DNA from: Chiloscyllium plagiosum
Lineage: Eukaryota
Length of the DNA: 64,000 nucleotides
Direction: 5' to 3'
Assembly: GCF_004010195.1 (NCBI RefSeq)
Contig: NC_057718.1
Coordinates: 48,543,859 to 48,607,858, forward strand
Shown here: positions 38,440 through 51,969 of the stretch, in pieces
Position numbering within the stretch: the stretch's first letter is position 1
Layout of the letters: each line of letters opens with the position of its first letter
Program-made: the position numbers and the translations under genes
The notes under the pieces: generated by a model
Database searches by the model: none
Seen by the model: the letters and a program-made list of their open reading frames with translations, nothing else
What the model was told of the DNA's origin: nothing

Positions 38440-40817
38440 CATTTGAATTAAAAGAGGGAATAGGCCATTTCACATCAAGCTTGCTCCACTATTGAGTAAG
38501 ATCATAACTGATTTGATTAGCCCACATTCCCGCATCCCTGTAACCTTTCACCCCCTTTGCTTATCAAGAATCTATTGACCTCCACCTTAAAAATATTGAA
38601 ATGCTATGCTTCCACTGCCTTTAGAGGAACAGATTTTCAAAAACTCATGACAACAATGCTAATAGTTTCAAAGTTCCTTCCTCAGAGTACAATGTGCTCA
38701 CTCCAGGTAGTACACTGATGAACTTAGTCTAACCTTTTAAATCCTTCCTTTATTAAGGAGACTAATCCTCTACAATGTAATTCAGATGTCGTCTCAGCAA
38801 TGCTCTGTATAACTGAAATATTACTTTCCTATCTTTGTATAATTTCCCTTCTACTAAATAATACAATTCGACTAACTTTTTCAATTGCTAGTTGAATACC
38901 AAACTTTTGCAACTCTAGCTGTTCATATCAAATTTAAAAAAAAATCTATCTGTCAAAATGAGCAATTACAAATTTTACAGAACTGTACTCCATTTACCAA
39001 ATGTTTGCCCACTCATTTAGCCTATCTTTGTAACCTCCTCAAAAACCTTCACAACTTGCTTTCCAACATATTCTTCTGTCATCAGCAGGTTTGGCAATCA
39101 TCCCTTTTATCTCTTCATCAAAGTCATTTATATAAATTGTATAAAGTTGAGTCTCTATCACTGATCCCTGTGTCACACCACTCATTACATCTTGCTAATG
39201 AGAAAAATGACCATTTATGCAAATTCTCTGCTTCCTGTCAGGCTGGTCAATCTTTTATAATTGCTAATAATGCTACCCCCTACACTTTGCACTTTTATTT
39301 TCCACAACAACCTTTGATGTGGCATCTGCTGGAAAGCTATGTGCAGTAGACCAACCAGTTCCACTTTGTCCACAGCATATGCCACTTCCTCAAAAAAACT
39401 CATGTAACTCTATTAAACATGATTTTCTGTTCATTAAGCCACGATGACTCTGCCTGATTTTTTTTTAGTGATAGCTTCTAAACCTTTCCCATGACAGTTA
39501 ATAAGCTGACTGGCCTGTCATTTCCTGATTTCTGTCTTCCTCTCTTTTTGAGAAAAAGAGTTATATTCATTAGTTTTCAATCAAATGGAATATACCTGTA
39601 TCTAGATTTGGGAAAATAAATCCAACACACCAGTTATTTCAATAGACACTTGTTTTATCACATTAAGATGAGTTCACCAGGAGTTTGGGAGTTGTCAGGC
39701 CAAAACTTCAATAATTTTCTGATCATCAACTTCTCTGGTGATTGAAATGTTCTTGTGCTCCTTCCTTCCATTTCCTTATTTACAGCTATTTCCAGAATGT
39801 TATTTATATCCACTGTGATAAAGAGCGATGCAAAATATTAGCTCAATCGATCTGTCATCTTCTTACTTTTCATTTCTAATTCTCCATACTCTATAGGGCT
39901 AACTGTCACTTCTTAACTGTATTTCTTTTTGAAGTAATGTGGAATCTCTAATTGTCCATTTTTATATTTCTAGCCAGCTTTCTATCATACTCTAGTTTTT
40001 CCTTTTTTCATCATTGTTTGCTTTTTTTCTTCATATTCTGTTCAATCTTTTCACCTGCCACTCATTATAATATAAATCTGTGCTTGTTCTTTCAGTTTGG
40101 TGTTATCTTTAAGTTTTTCAGTTAAGGTGGGTCCCTCAGCTTGGATTTTTCTTATTCATTGGAATTCAGATATTTTGTGTATTCTGAAATATACCCTTAC
40201 ATTGATTTATCCCTCATCTAATTCGTCAATTCATTTTAGCTAACTGCTTTCATGTCCTCTTAATGCCTTTATTTAGGTTTAAAAATGCCATTCTTGGATA
40301 TACTCTTCTTTCTCTCTAGCTGAATGTAAAGTGATGTGAAGATTACTGATGCCTCGAGGTGTCTTCGCTATGAGGTTGTTAATTAATCCTATCTTGTTGC
40401 ACTGTCATGTTTATTATAGCATGCTCTTTGATTGGTTCAAGAACATGCTGTTTTAAGAAACTATTCAGAGAATATTCTATGAACTCTTCATCTAAGCCAC
40501 CTTTGCCCATCTGTTTTTTCCAGTTTATACTTCAAGTTAAGATCTCTATGATTATTGCTGTAATCTTCTGACAAACTATTATGATTTCTTCCTTTATAGC
40601 ATTTCCATTCACGTGGTTAATATTAAGAAGCCTGGAGGCTGTTGCCCACAATTGACTTCATTTCATTTCTCACTTCTAAATGCTGGTTTCCTGAACTTAG
40701 ATCTCTCTCTCTCTCTGTGTTGAGCTAATACCATCATTAATGAACAGAAACATTCTTCCACCTTTTCTCGCCTTCCTGTTCTTGCTAAATATCATGTATC
40801 CTCCAATATTCAGGGGT
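38440..40817 (-). mobile_element. Old, heavily decayed CR1 LINE (endonuclease to 3' end)
   Basis: Minus-strand remnants LNIGGYMIFSKNRKARKGG and FFEEVAYAVDK...PHQRLLWKIK; CR1 3' end near 38440. Confidence 0.8.
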
Positions 40818-41570
40818 GCAGTCTGCTCAGAAACTGGAACTCTGACAACTACAGGTAATACACATGATTTCTGTACACTCCAATTCATGGCTCAGGCCAT
40901 CTTTGGTCTCTATCCTGTTGCCCTGGCAGCCTGGTAAGGCCTGTCAGTGGTGGGCTGCATCTCTTGCTGCTCCTGTTGTCACACTAATAGCAGCTCTGTG
41001 GCTTAGTGCACCACCATTTGCAACCCCTCACCACCTCTCCACTGCCCATTGCTCCAGGAAGGTTAGATGCATGTGTCCCATATTTATTGTCAATTCACTG
41101 ACTACTGCATTTTTGTACAGACTTCAGCTTCTTGGTGCTACCCCACCATTTTACATGTCCATTCCACTCCTCCTCACCCCCTGTCCTTTCAATGAAATTT
41201 TCCAAAGGAAGGTAGCTGCAGAATGGCTGGCTATCTCCTCGGAATATGAGACCTTGCCTGGAATCCACAACTTTATAATTATCAGCAAAGTAATCACTCG
41301 AGATCCCTGTTCACCCCTTGTTAAGTTCAGAGAGCAGCAGTTAATTCCTCATTTGGAGATACGTTAATTAAATTTAACTATCTTACCACTCATTTCAATT
41401 ACACTCTAGCCACACACTCCTGACAGTGTGGATCTTAGAGCTGCTCCTGGGATTGCAGGCTTGGTTAAAGATTTATTCTTTTTTTAAGTTATTATAGTCA
41501 TTATATTTTACTAATGTAAGATTTTTATTCATTTTGTTTCATTAAGATTAAAGGAAACTAAACAAAAATA

Positions 41571-41717
41571 AAAGATATTTGGATAGATACATGAATATGA
41601 AAGGTTTGGGCCAGGAGCAGACAGGTAGGACTAGATTATTTTGAGATTATGTTTGGCATGGACTGGTTGGACTGAAGGGTCTGTTTCCGTGCTGTATGAC
41701 TGTATGACTCTATGACT
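41571..41717 (+). mobile_element. CR1/HER1 3' tail fragment
   Basis: ggcatggactggttggactgaagggtctgtttccgtgctgtatgac plus a tatgac repeat tail. Confidence 0.85.
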
Positions 41718-41760
41718 TGCATGTGATACTATTGCCTGGCTGCCCCCATGCCACCCATGA

Positions 41761-42632
41761 CATAGAGTCATAGAGTCATAGAGATGTACAGCATGGAAAC
41801 AGACCCTTCTGTCCAACCCGTTCATGCCAACCAGATATCCCAACCCAATCTAGTCCCAATTCCCAGCATCCGGCCCCTCTCCCTCCAAACCCTTCCTATT
41901 CATATACCCATCCAAATGCCTCTTAGAAGTTGCAATTGTACCAGCCTCCACCACTTCCTCTGGCAGCTCATTCCATACATGTACCACCCTCTGCCTGAAA
42001 AAGTTGCCCCTTAGGTCTCTTTTATATCTTTCCCCTCTCACCCTAAACCTTTGCCCTCTAGTTCTGGACTCCCTGACCCCAGGGAAAAGACTTTGTCTAT
42101 TTATCCTATCCATGCCCCTCATATAAAGTCACCCCTCAGCCTCCAATGCTCCAGGGAAAACAGCCCCAGTCTGTTCAGCCTCTCCCCATAGCTCAAATCT
42201 TCCAAACCTGGCAACATCTTTGTAAATAATTTCTGAACCTTTTCAAGTTTCACAACTTCTTTCTGATAGGAAGGAGACCAGAATTGCATGCAATATTCCA
42301 AAAGTGGCCTAACCAATGTCCTGTACAGCCGCAACATGACCTACCAACTTCTGTACTCAATACTCTGACCAATAAAAGAAAGTATACCAAATGCCTTCTT
42401 CACTATCCTATCTACCTGCGACTCCACTTCCCAAGGAGCTATCAACCTGCACTCCAAGGTCTCTTTGTTCAGCAACACTCTCTAGGACTTTACCATTAAG
42501 TATATAAGTCCTGCTAAGATTTGCTTTCCCAAAATGCAGCACCTTGCATTTATCTAAATTAAACTCCATCTGCCACTTCTCAGCCCATTGGCCCATCTGG
42601 TCAAGATCCTGTTGTAACCTGAGGTAACCTTC
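41761..42632 (-). mobile_element. Younger CR1/HER1 LINE, 5'-truncated
   Basis: ORFs QWAEKWQMEFNLDKCKVLHFG, LYRTLVRPLLEYCMQFWSP and RVVHVWNELP; (CTCTATGA)n tail at 41761. Confidence 0.93.
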
Positions 42633-43204
42633 CGGTCCACACTTCCGACATTGAACCTCCAACATATAGCCTTACACACAACAATACAGTCCCACCTGTC
42701 ATATTTGCATTTCTTACTGCTGGATGACGATAGCATGGGATACGCCAAGTCCAAGTAGACTATAGTCATCTCTTGTGTTCTTCACAAGTTTGTGTAGCAG
42801 AGAGTTGAAACCTTGCATTCAGAGGATATGAAAGAGACCCAATCTTCTGATGAACAAGATGTGGAGCAAAAAGCAGGAGGAAGGGCAACAATATTGTACC
42901 AGAAGCCAGAAACCTTGGAGACATGCAGTATGGAGGCTTGTGACAACCTGACTTACAGCCATTTCCAGCACATAGCAGTTCCCTGGCTTTCACAAGCCAC
43001 CAGCAGACCAATCTCCTGAACAAATCAGATCAAGCATTTACCACTCTTCAGTTACCAATCTCTCTAAGGGTCATGGCCCATGTATGGAGCGGGCTGCACT
43101 CGACCTTCACCATACAAACAGATAACAATGTAAGGGTTGTGAGAACCATTAAGTAATTATGAGACACTGCTTAAAGGATGCAGGAACAAAGCAATATCTC
43201 AATT

Positions 43205-43304
43205 TGACATTTGAATCAACCTGTTCAGAAATGTAATGATGCACCACTGGAGCAGGTCTCCCAGCCCAGAGGTAGGGGCACTAACACTGTATCACAAGAG
43301 CCCC
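43205..43304 (-). mobile_element. Short tRNA-derived SINE, decayed
   Basis: Minus strand gggctcttgtgatacagtgttagtg...cctgctccag...tgaacaggttgatt; same family as 53716-53815. Confidence 0.6.
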
Positions 43305-44014
43305 CACATCAACCATGTAAACATATGCTATGCTGGTGTTCTTAACTGCTCACTTTCATGCCTTTTTGAATGTATCAATGAGGTTTGACTCTAACCCCTG
43401 CAGCTGCTGCATGTAGTGCCCTGGGGCCTGAGATGATGTTAGTGCCCATCTTCAAAGCAACAAAGGCCTGTCGAGCCCCAGCACGCTGAAATGCTCTTGT
43501 ATTTGTGCAGAGGTCTGTTATTTGGTAATTCCATTGGAGGTAGAGGGCCACTGACAAAATTGCGGAGGGAAACCTATACGTCCTTGGATCACTGCGAAAG
43601 GAACCCCTCAGAGGTTCAGGTTGCAGTATCTTCTTCCTCTCCATGTAGCATCTCCTGTCTACCAGAGATAGTGGTGCATTTGGAAGTATTCCGGGTGCCT
43701 GTTCCCCTCGCTCCTGGTCACTGTGGCCGAAAGCTCATGGTCAAAGCAATGGTATACAGATACCTGGCAATAAATAAATAATCTGAAGGATCTGGCTGTC
43801 CAAGATGGTCACCAATCTCTACGCGGAAAAAAGGCCTTGTGCTCACATACCTGAAACATCACAGAACCTATAGCCTGTCTAGACTCCTTTGTCGTCCATG
43901 TGTGGATAGATACAATTAGTTACTTGGCCAGATATTCCCCTGTTCCATGTTATTTGGATCATTGGATTCATTTCATTCTTTGGATTACTAGGAGAGTTCT
44001 GATTGTTGTGATAT

Positions 44015-44262
44015 TGATTGAAGGCTAAACATTAGCCAAGACATGAAAAGATAACTTCATGCCTCTTCTTTGCCATGGACGATTTTACATCCATCTGAGC
44101 CCTTGGATTAAATTAAATTCAAAAATTGGCACGTCTAACAATGAATCACTTCATCAGTTCGACACTCATGTGCCAACCTTGATTTTGCCTCAAGCTTGGC
44201 ATTGTGAATTGAGTCTAGAATTTTGCAGTTGTGAGGCAAGAGGATTACCCACTGAGCTACTT
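44015..44262 (-). mobile_element. Old Deu-domain-type SINE fragment (5' half)
   Basis: Minus strand begins gtagctcagtgggtaatcctcttgcctc (tRNA-like A box); the body resembles the 28158 and 59380 copies. Confidence 0.55.
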
Positions 44263-45857
44263 AACATTGCTATATCTGCAAGTTGACAGCGCTCACCAGA
44301 TGACTGATATAGAGAGCATGGACTGCCCAAATGTTGGAATCTGGATCACAAGATTGACACCAGGCATTCTTCACAGAAAATGTTAATGTTCAACTAGCCT
44401 CCAATCACAGAAACAAGAAACGTAGTTTATATGAGATGGTAGTTGCTCTATCCACTGGTGGAAAGTTAACAAATTTAATGGCCAACACAATAATTGCTAT
44501 CTATTCACTTCCATCCCAAGAGTCTTTCTTGACTCTAATACTACTTCATAGTGCTCAACTAATGCCTACAGCAAAGCTTATGGAAGTCAACCTGTTGTTC
44601 ATCATAGGACATTTGATACACTTGTGGGTGGTAGCTTTTGCATGCTCAAATAGGTTTCTGCACATTAGCTGCTGAAAGGGCATTCTGGGCCATCGAGCTC
44701 CCTAGCATCATGGCAGTTAACAGGGTGGCAAAGGAGCAGGGCTGATGACACCTTGAGAGAGAGGAAGAATCATGATTGTGATGATGTCGCTGTAACAGCC
44801 TTGTGATTGGAATTTATCATTCCTACAGACCCACAGGAGGCCAGAGTGCAGAAGATGAGTGAATGCTTAAAAGATATTGTTGACTAGGTCCACCAAAATG
44901 GAATTTAGAGACTGTACAACAACCATTTGAGCTTCCACCACAGTTCCAGAGGAAAGTGACATTGACAGCTGTTGTCAGGGACACACTGCTACATCTTTGG
45001 AGGTGGCCACACCATCCAAAATAGAACTCAGAATTCTAGTGCTATTCAGATAAGGCCGTAACAGGCAGAAACAAATTCTTGTTCAATATCAGGCATGATG
45101 CTGAAACCTCCTGACAAGATCTTCGTGTTTGAGTCAGGCAGTTTTACTTTCATGATAGGGGCCTCACCACTAATGATACTGAAATAAATTCTTACATTGT
45201 GTGCAAATGGAAGGGCTTGAGGCCATGATCAGTGAGGCGTGGCAAGTCACGGTCATGATTAGATGTACCTGACATTTGTCCACAATTTTAATGTGGGGAT
45301 GGGAAGAGCACTTGTTGTTCTTGCGAGCTATTGAATCTCTTCAGGTCCCGGACATGATGCTGCTGACACTGAGCTTCTCGAGACCTTTGTCCAGGCAGGC
45401 TGGATAATTGTTCTTGGGAATATTATTTCCCTGTCTTTCCTGACCTTCTGTCATTCAGCATTGTGAAAGAGCTGTGTCTATGCTGTGCCATTGTAAATGT
45501 TTTAAGAGTTACATACATCCTGTACGTAGACCTTAAGGGACTGAATTTTATGGAGACAGTGGGTGAGGTATACTTTTCTCAACACTATGTGGTGGGGCAG
45601 TTCATCAACCACTTTAAAACAAGGCCCAGACGGTAAATGGCTTGGTCCTCACATTGAAGACATCATGGGTATTTGGTGTTCAGATCTCTTTTGTCCTCCT
45701 GATGAATCACCACTACCATGCCCCTTAAATAAGAAATCATAAGCTTAGTAATTGTTAAGAGTGTCTCAATGTAACATCAAATAGTGTTCTGAGGAATGCT
45801 TTTGAAACTTTTGTTTTGTGAAATCTGATGAAACGGCTAACACACTGTACAGCAACG

Positions 45858-46760
45858 TATAGAAATATAGAAAATCAGAGCAGGTATAGACCTTTTGATC
45901 TTTTGAGCCTCGCCAACCCTTCAATATGATCATTGCTGATCATCTAACCCTGTTCCCACCTTCTCTGATACCCTTTGATTCATTTAGTCCTACCTATTCA
46001 ACGATTTGGTCTCAACTGCTTCCTGTGCAGGGAATTCTACAGACTCAACACTCTTTGGGTGAAGTAATTGTTCCTCGTCTCAACGTTAAATGGCCGACCA
46101 CATATCTTTAGACTGTGACCCCTGGTTTTGGACTCCCTTGGAACATCCTTGCTGAGATGTCTGATCATGTGAGAATTTTATAGGTTCCTATGAGATCTGT
46201 CCTCATTCTGTTAAAATCCAGTGAATTGTGTCTTAATGGCTCCAGTCACTCTTGATAGATCAGTCCTGCCATTCCAGCAATCTGTCTGGTAAGCCTTTGT
46301 TGCACTCCCTCCATTGTCAGAACATCCTTCCCAGATAAAGAGAGCAAATTGCACAGAATTCCAAAGGTTAATCACCTTCTGAATGGAAAAGCTCCTCCTT
46401 ATCTCAGGCCTGAATGGCCTACCTCTTATTCTATGTGCCCCGGATCGAGAGATCCCAGCTAGGGGAAACATACTCACTGCATCTACCCTGTGAAATACTG
46501 TAGGAATGTTGCTTCCTTCAATGAGACCACCATTCAAATCATTGATACAGATTGTGCAGAGCTGAGGCCAAAGCACTGTACAATTGCTGCAAAACATCTA
46601 ACTCCTGTACCCGAATCATCTCGATTTGAAGGCTAACATACTAGTTGCCTTCTTCACTACCTGCTGCACCTGCATACTCACATTCAGTGACTAGGGCACA
46701 GGGACATCCAGGTCTCATTGTACCTCTCATTGTACCAATCTATCACCATTTAGATATCTG
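45858..46760 (-). mobile_element. CR1 LINE fragment with an internal replaced segment
   Basis: 3' tail (atagaaat)n at 45858; CR1 C-terminal remnants; foreign CR1 piece at 46354-46578. Confidence 0.8.
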
Positions 46761-47134
46761 TTAATGTCTTTTTTGAAATCCCATCATGACCGTTTCTGCC
46801 CTTTTCAAAGTTGAGGGGCCCTTGTATGATTGCATTGCTTAGTGCTATATTCTAGTACACATGAAAGTTAATGGCATTATCCTGTCCTGAAACATATAGA
46901 ACTGGAGCAGGATACCTCTCTGATTGACATCAGGTGCCAGTGTAATCTAATTTTTCTCATGATTCTTTAGATGTTTTGTAACAGTTGTGAGAAATTGATA
47001 CCATATCATTGTTTTACAGCTGAGCTTGCCAACATTTTCATGTTATTTAGGAATATTTTCATTGGAATGTATTTTTAGTATTGAACCATCTTTGTAAGCA
47101 CTTTTTATTTTGCTGTGATTTCTTTGGGAAAACT

Positions 47135-48258
47135 GAATCCCCATTGATAATGGGAAAGAAGGAAAATTTCAAAGAAATTAACCAAATGTTATGTTTGTGA
47201 AAGAAGATACCAAACAAAACTCTCCCAGGAATAATAGAGAATCAAGGGACTAGCAAGAATGAGGAACTGAAAGAAGCTGGTCTTAGTAAAAATCAAGAAT
47301 CAGAACATTAACAGATAAATTCCCTGAAGTTAATGATTTATATCCCAGAGTGCTGAAAGAGGTGGCTCAACAGATAGTGGAGTGAATGCATTGCTGGACA
47401 TCTTACTTCTATACTTATTGCAGATTGGAAAGGAACAAATATCACTTCACTATATAAAAAAGGGCGAGAGAAAATGTGGAACAACATACCTGTTAGCCTA
47501 ACATCAGTAGTAGAGAAAATGCTAGAATCCATTATAAATGATATGATGACAGAATACACAGAAAATAATGATAGGTTTGCACAGAAGCAACATGGCTTTA
47601 TGAAAGAGAAGTCACATGTGACAAACCTTATCCATAACAAGTATACAACTAACAGAATAAAAATGGGGAAATACGTGTGGTTTTAGTGCATTTTGATTTT
47701 CAGAAGGTTTTTGATAATGTTCCACATAAGACATTAGTAGGAAGGAATAGAGTACTTGGGATTGGTGCCAATTTAATGGCACAGATTGACATTGATTTAT
47801 GGACAGGGAAGAGAGGAGGGATGAAAAGATGATTTATAGCTTGGCCCACTGTGATGAGTGATGTAACACAAGGGTCAGTGCTTGACCTCAGCTACTCACA
47901 ATCTATATCAATGATTTGGATGTGGTGATCTCATTGAAGTAAACAACATTCCTTCAGGGCTTCACTGGGTAGACACATTGAGTGTGTTTCCCCTAGCTGG
48001 GATCTTTGGATCCAGGGGACATAGAATAAGGGGTAGCCATTTAAGACTAAGACAAGGAGGAGCTTTTCCATTCAGAAAGTGATAAATATTCAGAATTCTG
48101 AATCTCTGAGGGCTATGAAAGCTAAATTATTGCGTGTACTCAAGACAGGCTTGATGGATTTCTGACTATATCGAGCGTTTTGGGGACAGTGTGGGAAAAA
48201 ATGATCAGCTACGAGCTAGATGACTGGTAAAGCTGGCTGGTCCCTATTCCTTATGTTC
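47135..48258 (+). mobile_element. Internally deleted CR1 LINE
   Basis: PVSLTSVVEKMLESII...QHGFMKEKSHVTNL, DFQKVFDNVPH and TIYINDL, jumping directly to GDLIE and the 3' end. Confidence 0.85.
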
Positions 48259-48691
48259 CTCAATGAAACATCTGCTGCTGTCCTCCCATGTTTATCTTTC
48301 CACTTGGTCCCATTTCCCATCAGAAATTTCATAGAAGTCGGGTTAATAAATCTGTTAGCTGTTCAGAGGACTCATGGAAAAATCGATCTCCTTGCAAGAA
48401 GAACAAGTTGGAGTCAGGCTGATTATATTTCTGAGAACACATGACAAGGTCAGAGCTGGACATTTACCATCAGCTGCATTCTTACCATTTTAAAGTACCA
48501 TATATTACAACAGTGCAAGGAGCTATAGATGAATACCTCTTTCTCAGTTGACTGCATACAGTGTGTAAATGCTCATCTGGTCAAACTGATGGATCTCAAA
48601 ATATATTGGAGGGCTAACCATTTAGGTGTATTTTAATGCTGGTATTCAGCCAGTACATTCATGCTCCTCATATTTTTTATGATGTGTTGGT

Positions 48692-48882
48692 GCCAGTGTT
48701 AGACTGGGGTAGACAAAGTCAGAAGTCATATGACACCAAGTTATAGTCCAATAGGTTTATTTGAAATCGCAAGCTTTCGGACAGTGCTGCTGCTTCGTCA
48801 GGTGAAGGAGAAGTGCTTCGATAGCTTGTGACTTCAAATAAACCTGTTGGACTATAACCAGGTGTTGTGTGACTTCTGACCT
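48692..48882. mobile_element. Penelope-derived fold-back element with hammerhead-like core (second family)
   Basis: Arms 48718-48781 and ~48817-48880 are inverted copies. Minus strand 48771-48801 reads CTGACGA-A-GCAGCAGCACTGTCC-GAAAGCTT. Confidence 0.72.
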
Positions 48883-50299
48883 CACATTTTTTGGTGTATT
48901 GTTTCCTTTCCACATCCTTACACTGTTAAAAGTACAATTTCTTTGTTTTATTATGTAGTTCCACTTCCATTCCATCCAGTTTGGGATATTTTAAGTAGGC
49001 TTTTCACTGCAGAATATTGTTCACAGATGCCTATTTTTAATTGTGTTCATCAATGATGCCTTGTTGCTTTATGTCATGTGACAGGAAGAGGAATTTATAC
49101 CAGAAGATTGTTAAAGTGTTGTAGACAGGAAGTCATTGTCTTACTGCTATTTTAAGCCAATATTTAGTATCCTGTAGATAGTATTCTATGAGCTCCAGCA
49201 TCTTCTCTGTTTTTGAAACCCAGCCGTTGCAGTCTGGTGACTATTGTTCTGAATTTCAGTAACTGATCTCATAAACATTGACTGTATGTACTAAGAATTA
49301 TCCAACTCTTCAACTATAGAGTTAGCACATTCGTGATACAATAAAATTTACAACTAGACTTCTAATATAAGTTTTTATTCTAATACTTGATCTTAAAAAA
49401 TGAAAATATTAAATCAAAATTGTTCTAGTTCTGACTGTCCTACAAATTTTCCTTTCTTCTTTACTCATGCTGGTACCTCTTGAGTAGTCAAGTTTCACAC
49501 ATAAATGTAAATCTTGCCCAAATTAATGTTTTTGATGTATCTTTTCATGAATATGTAGTTAACATGTGATAGATTTTGTAACAATTAATCATATCCTTTT
49601 AAAAATAGATACAAGGAACTTTCAAATAAAATCATTGCTCCCAAAGTCAGTTGACTTCCTGTGTGGAATCAATTACAGTCAGCCAAATAGAGGAACCAGA
49701 CTGTGCGTATCTTAAGAGGGGTTACAAATAGCCATATCTAAACATGTAATGATAGTGTAAATTCAATGAGTTTTCCACAAGAGTAAACAGAATCTCAATG
49801 TCATAGGCTTCCCTGGAGATGTGATCAGCACTTTCTTATCTCACCAAGCTTGGAAGAATGCAAGCCATTCGAGTTAATGTCTGAGATAGTTCATACATCA
49901 ATTTCTTTGGGTAAAAGATAATCCTTGTCCCAGTCATTGGCAAATACAACACTAAGGTGGAAGCATGAGTGGACAATTTGAGACAGCAGCCATTTTGAGT
50001 TTTGATCTGTATGAAGTCTAGCTGAGAGCAGCCATTTTATGCAGGGACCTTAGGAGGATCTGTGAAAACAGTTCCAGCCCATAGCTCTCAGTTGAACTAA
50101 CTGTGAACAGTACATGACAGTCACATTTTCCTTTTCACTCTGTCAGTTACAGAGATTAGTGTAAGAGTTAGGTGTTTTAATTTAGAAAAGAATAATTCAA
50201 AGGGAGCATTTAGCATATCTTCATTAAATGAGGCCTAATAGCACATCCAGTGATAAATAAGTTAGCACTGACAACTCATACTAAGGTTGAGGGAGTTTT

Positions 50300-50740
50300 G
50301 GAGTAGATATATTAAAAATGGAATTCTGATCAGCAAGTGGAGGCATCCTCACAGGCCTACATGTGAAGAATGGATGGTTGTGCTTCAGACGGGAGATTTT
50401 GTGAGTAGTGCATGAAATTCTTATGGCACAACATATAGGAATACAGAGAATTCAAGCATTGATAAACAGGCATTTTACATGGACAAGACTTCATAAGGAC
50501 ATACTGCAATCCAGTAAAATGTGTCATTTCTGTCAGGTAATGGGTAAACTTCAAGGTGTAAGTAAGTCCGCATTGTTAATACACATATCAGTTTTTGAAG
50601 AACCATTGTGTCAAGGGATAGTAGACTGTGCAGGATCATTACCCAAGCAGCATATCAGTGTATTGTTACAATAATGGATACCACAACTTGATATCCAGAG
50701 GTTATTCTTGTAAGGACGGCTAAGGTGGTAGTGGAACACC
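50300..50740 (+). mobile_element. Gypsy-type LTR retrotransposon integrase remnant
   Basis: HEILMAQHIGIQR...RHFTWTRLHKDI...CHFCQVMGK (H2C2 zinc finger), followed by FEEPLCQGIVDCAGSLPK (start of the rve domain). Confidence 0.85.
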
Positions 50741-51969
50741 AATCTTGAGACTCAGAGGTGGGGACCCTACTATTGCACTGTCAGAGCCTCTTTTGCATTA
50801 ATACATTTGGATGCTTGGAGTTATGAGCCTTTTGTGAAACAAAGACAGTCCTGCCTTCAGAAGAATGCTTTTTATAACTTTAAAATATTAAACCACTTTG
50901 TTTGGCATAAATTGTAAGTGAATTAGTTCCCTTTGCAGTAATAACCTCTGGTTCAGTTTTCTGGCCAGAGCATTGTCATGGAATGTTGCAGGATTACATG
51001 AGGGCTAAGATTAAATCTCAGTTTACAAGGGGCATTCATTTATTGTGGAGATGTAGAGGGTGAAACTATAATTATTGATGCCATCTAACTTACGTTACCA
51101 ATTCCCAGAAGTTATGTTTACTCCAGAGGACACCGGTGAATGAGAGTCTCAGTGTTCTTTGCTGCACATGTTGTATACCTGAGTATCTGGCATGATCATT
51201 GCTCTTCAAAGCAGGCTTCCTCCAGAAGGGAACCATAAACAGCCAGAAGCCTGAACAGACTGAAAAAGACCACGAGATTACCATACAAAGTATTGTGTTT
51301 GTGTTATGTGCAATGTTAGACAGAAAACACCTGTGCACCCACAATGATTTTAATGTTCTTTAATGAGATACATATGAGGTGCTGAACCTGAAACCATGTT
51401 TTGTGTTGTTGTCCATGCAAGCCTCTGGTGTCAAACTATCACATATGTATATTCTCCTAGTTATGATGAAAGGTCCATGAGCTGGTGATGTGTGAGCTCC
51501 TGAGTGTTGCAGCTCCTGTTATCTTTTAATGTGAACCCTGGAAAACACATCAGTATCAGTAATGCTGTGGTGCACTATGGTGGAAATAAAATGACAGGCA
51601 TTGATTGCATGAGGCCTCTGATGGAGATGCCTGGCATCTATCTTGTGTGTGACAGCCCTCTGTAATGGCAAGCTCCCAGTTCAAATTCACATTGATAGGA
51701 CATGAAGCATTGAGAAGACAGTGTTACATATCTTCATGGAGCACAGTAGATTATTCATTCTCTTATGGCACTGGAGGCAAGTCTTTTTGAGCTGCTCATG
51801 AGTGCTGACCTTCACAGCCATCTCTGTCCAGACTACCTTCATGGTCAAGATGTCCACTCATGGCCATCTCTAAGGGAAAAGACCTTCTGTTCATCCTGGA
51901 TGGCCTTCAGGAAAACCTCTGGGGAGCCTTTGCAGAATTGAGATGCTGGTTTTTGCATGGTCTCCAACA

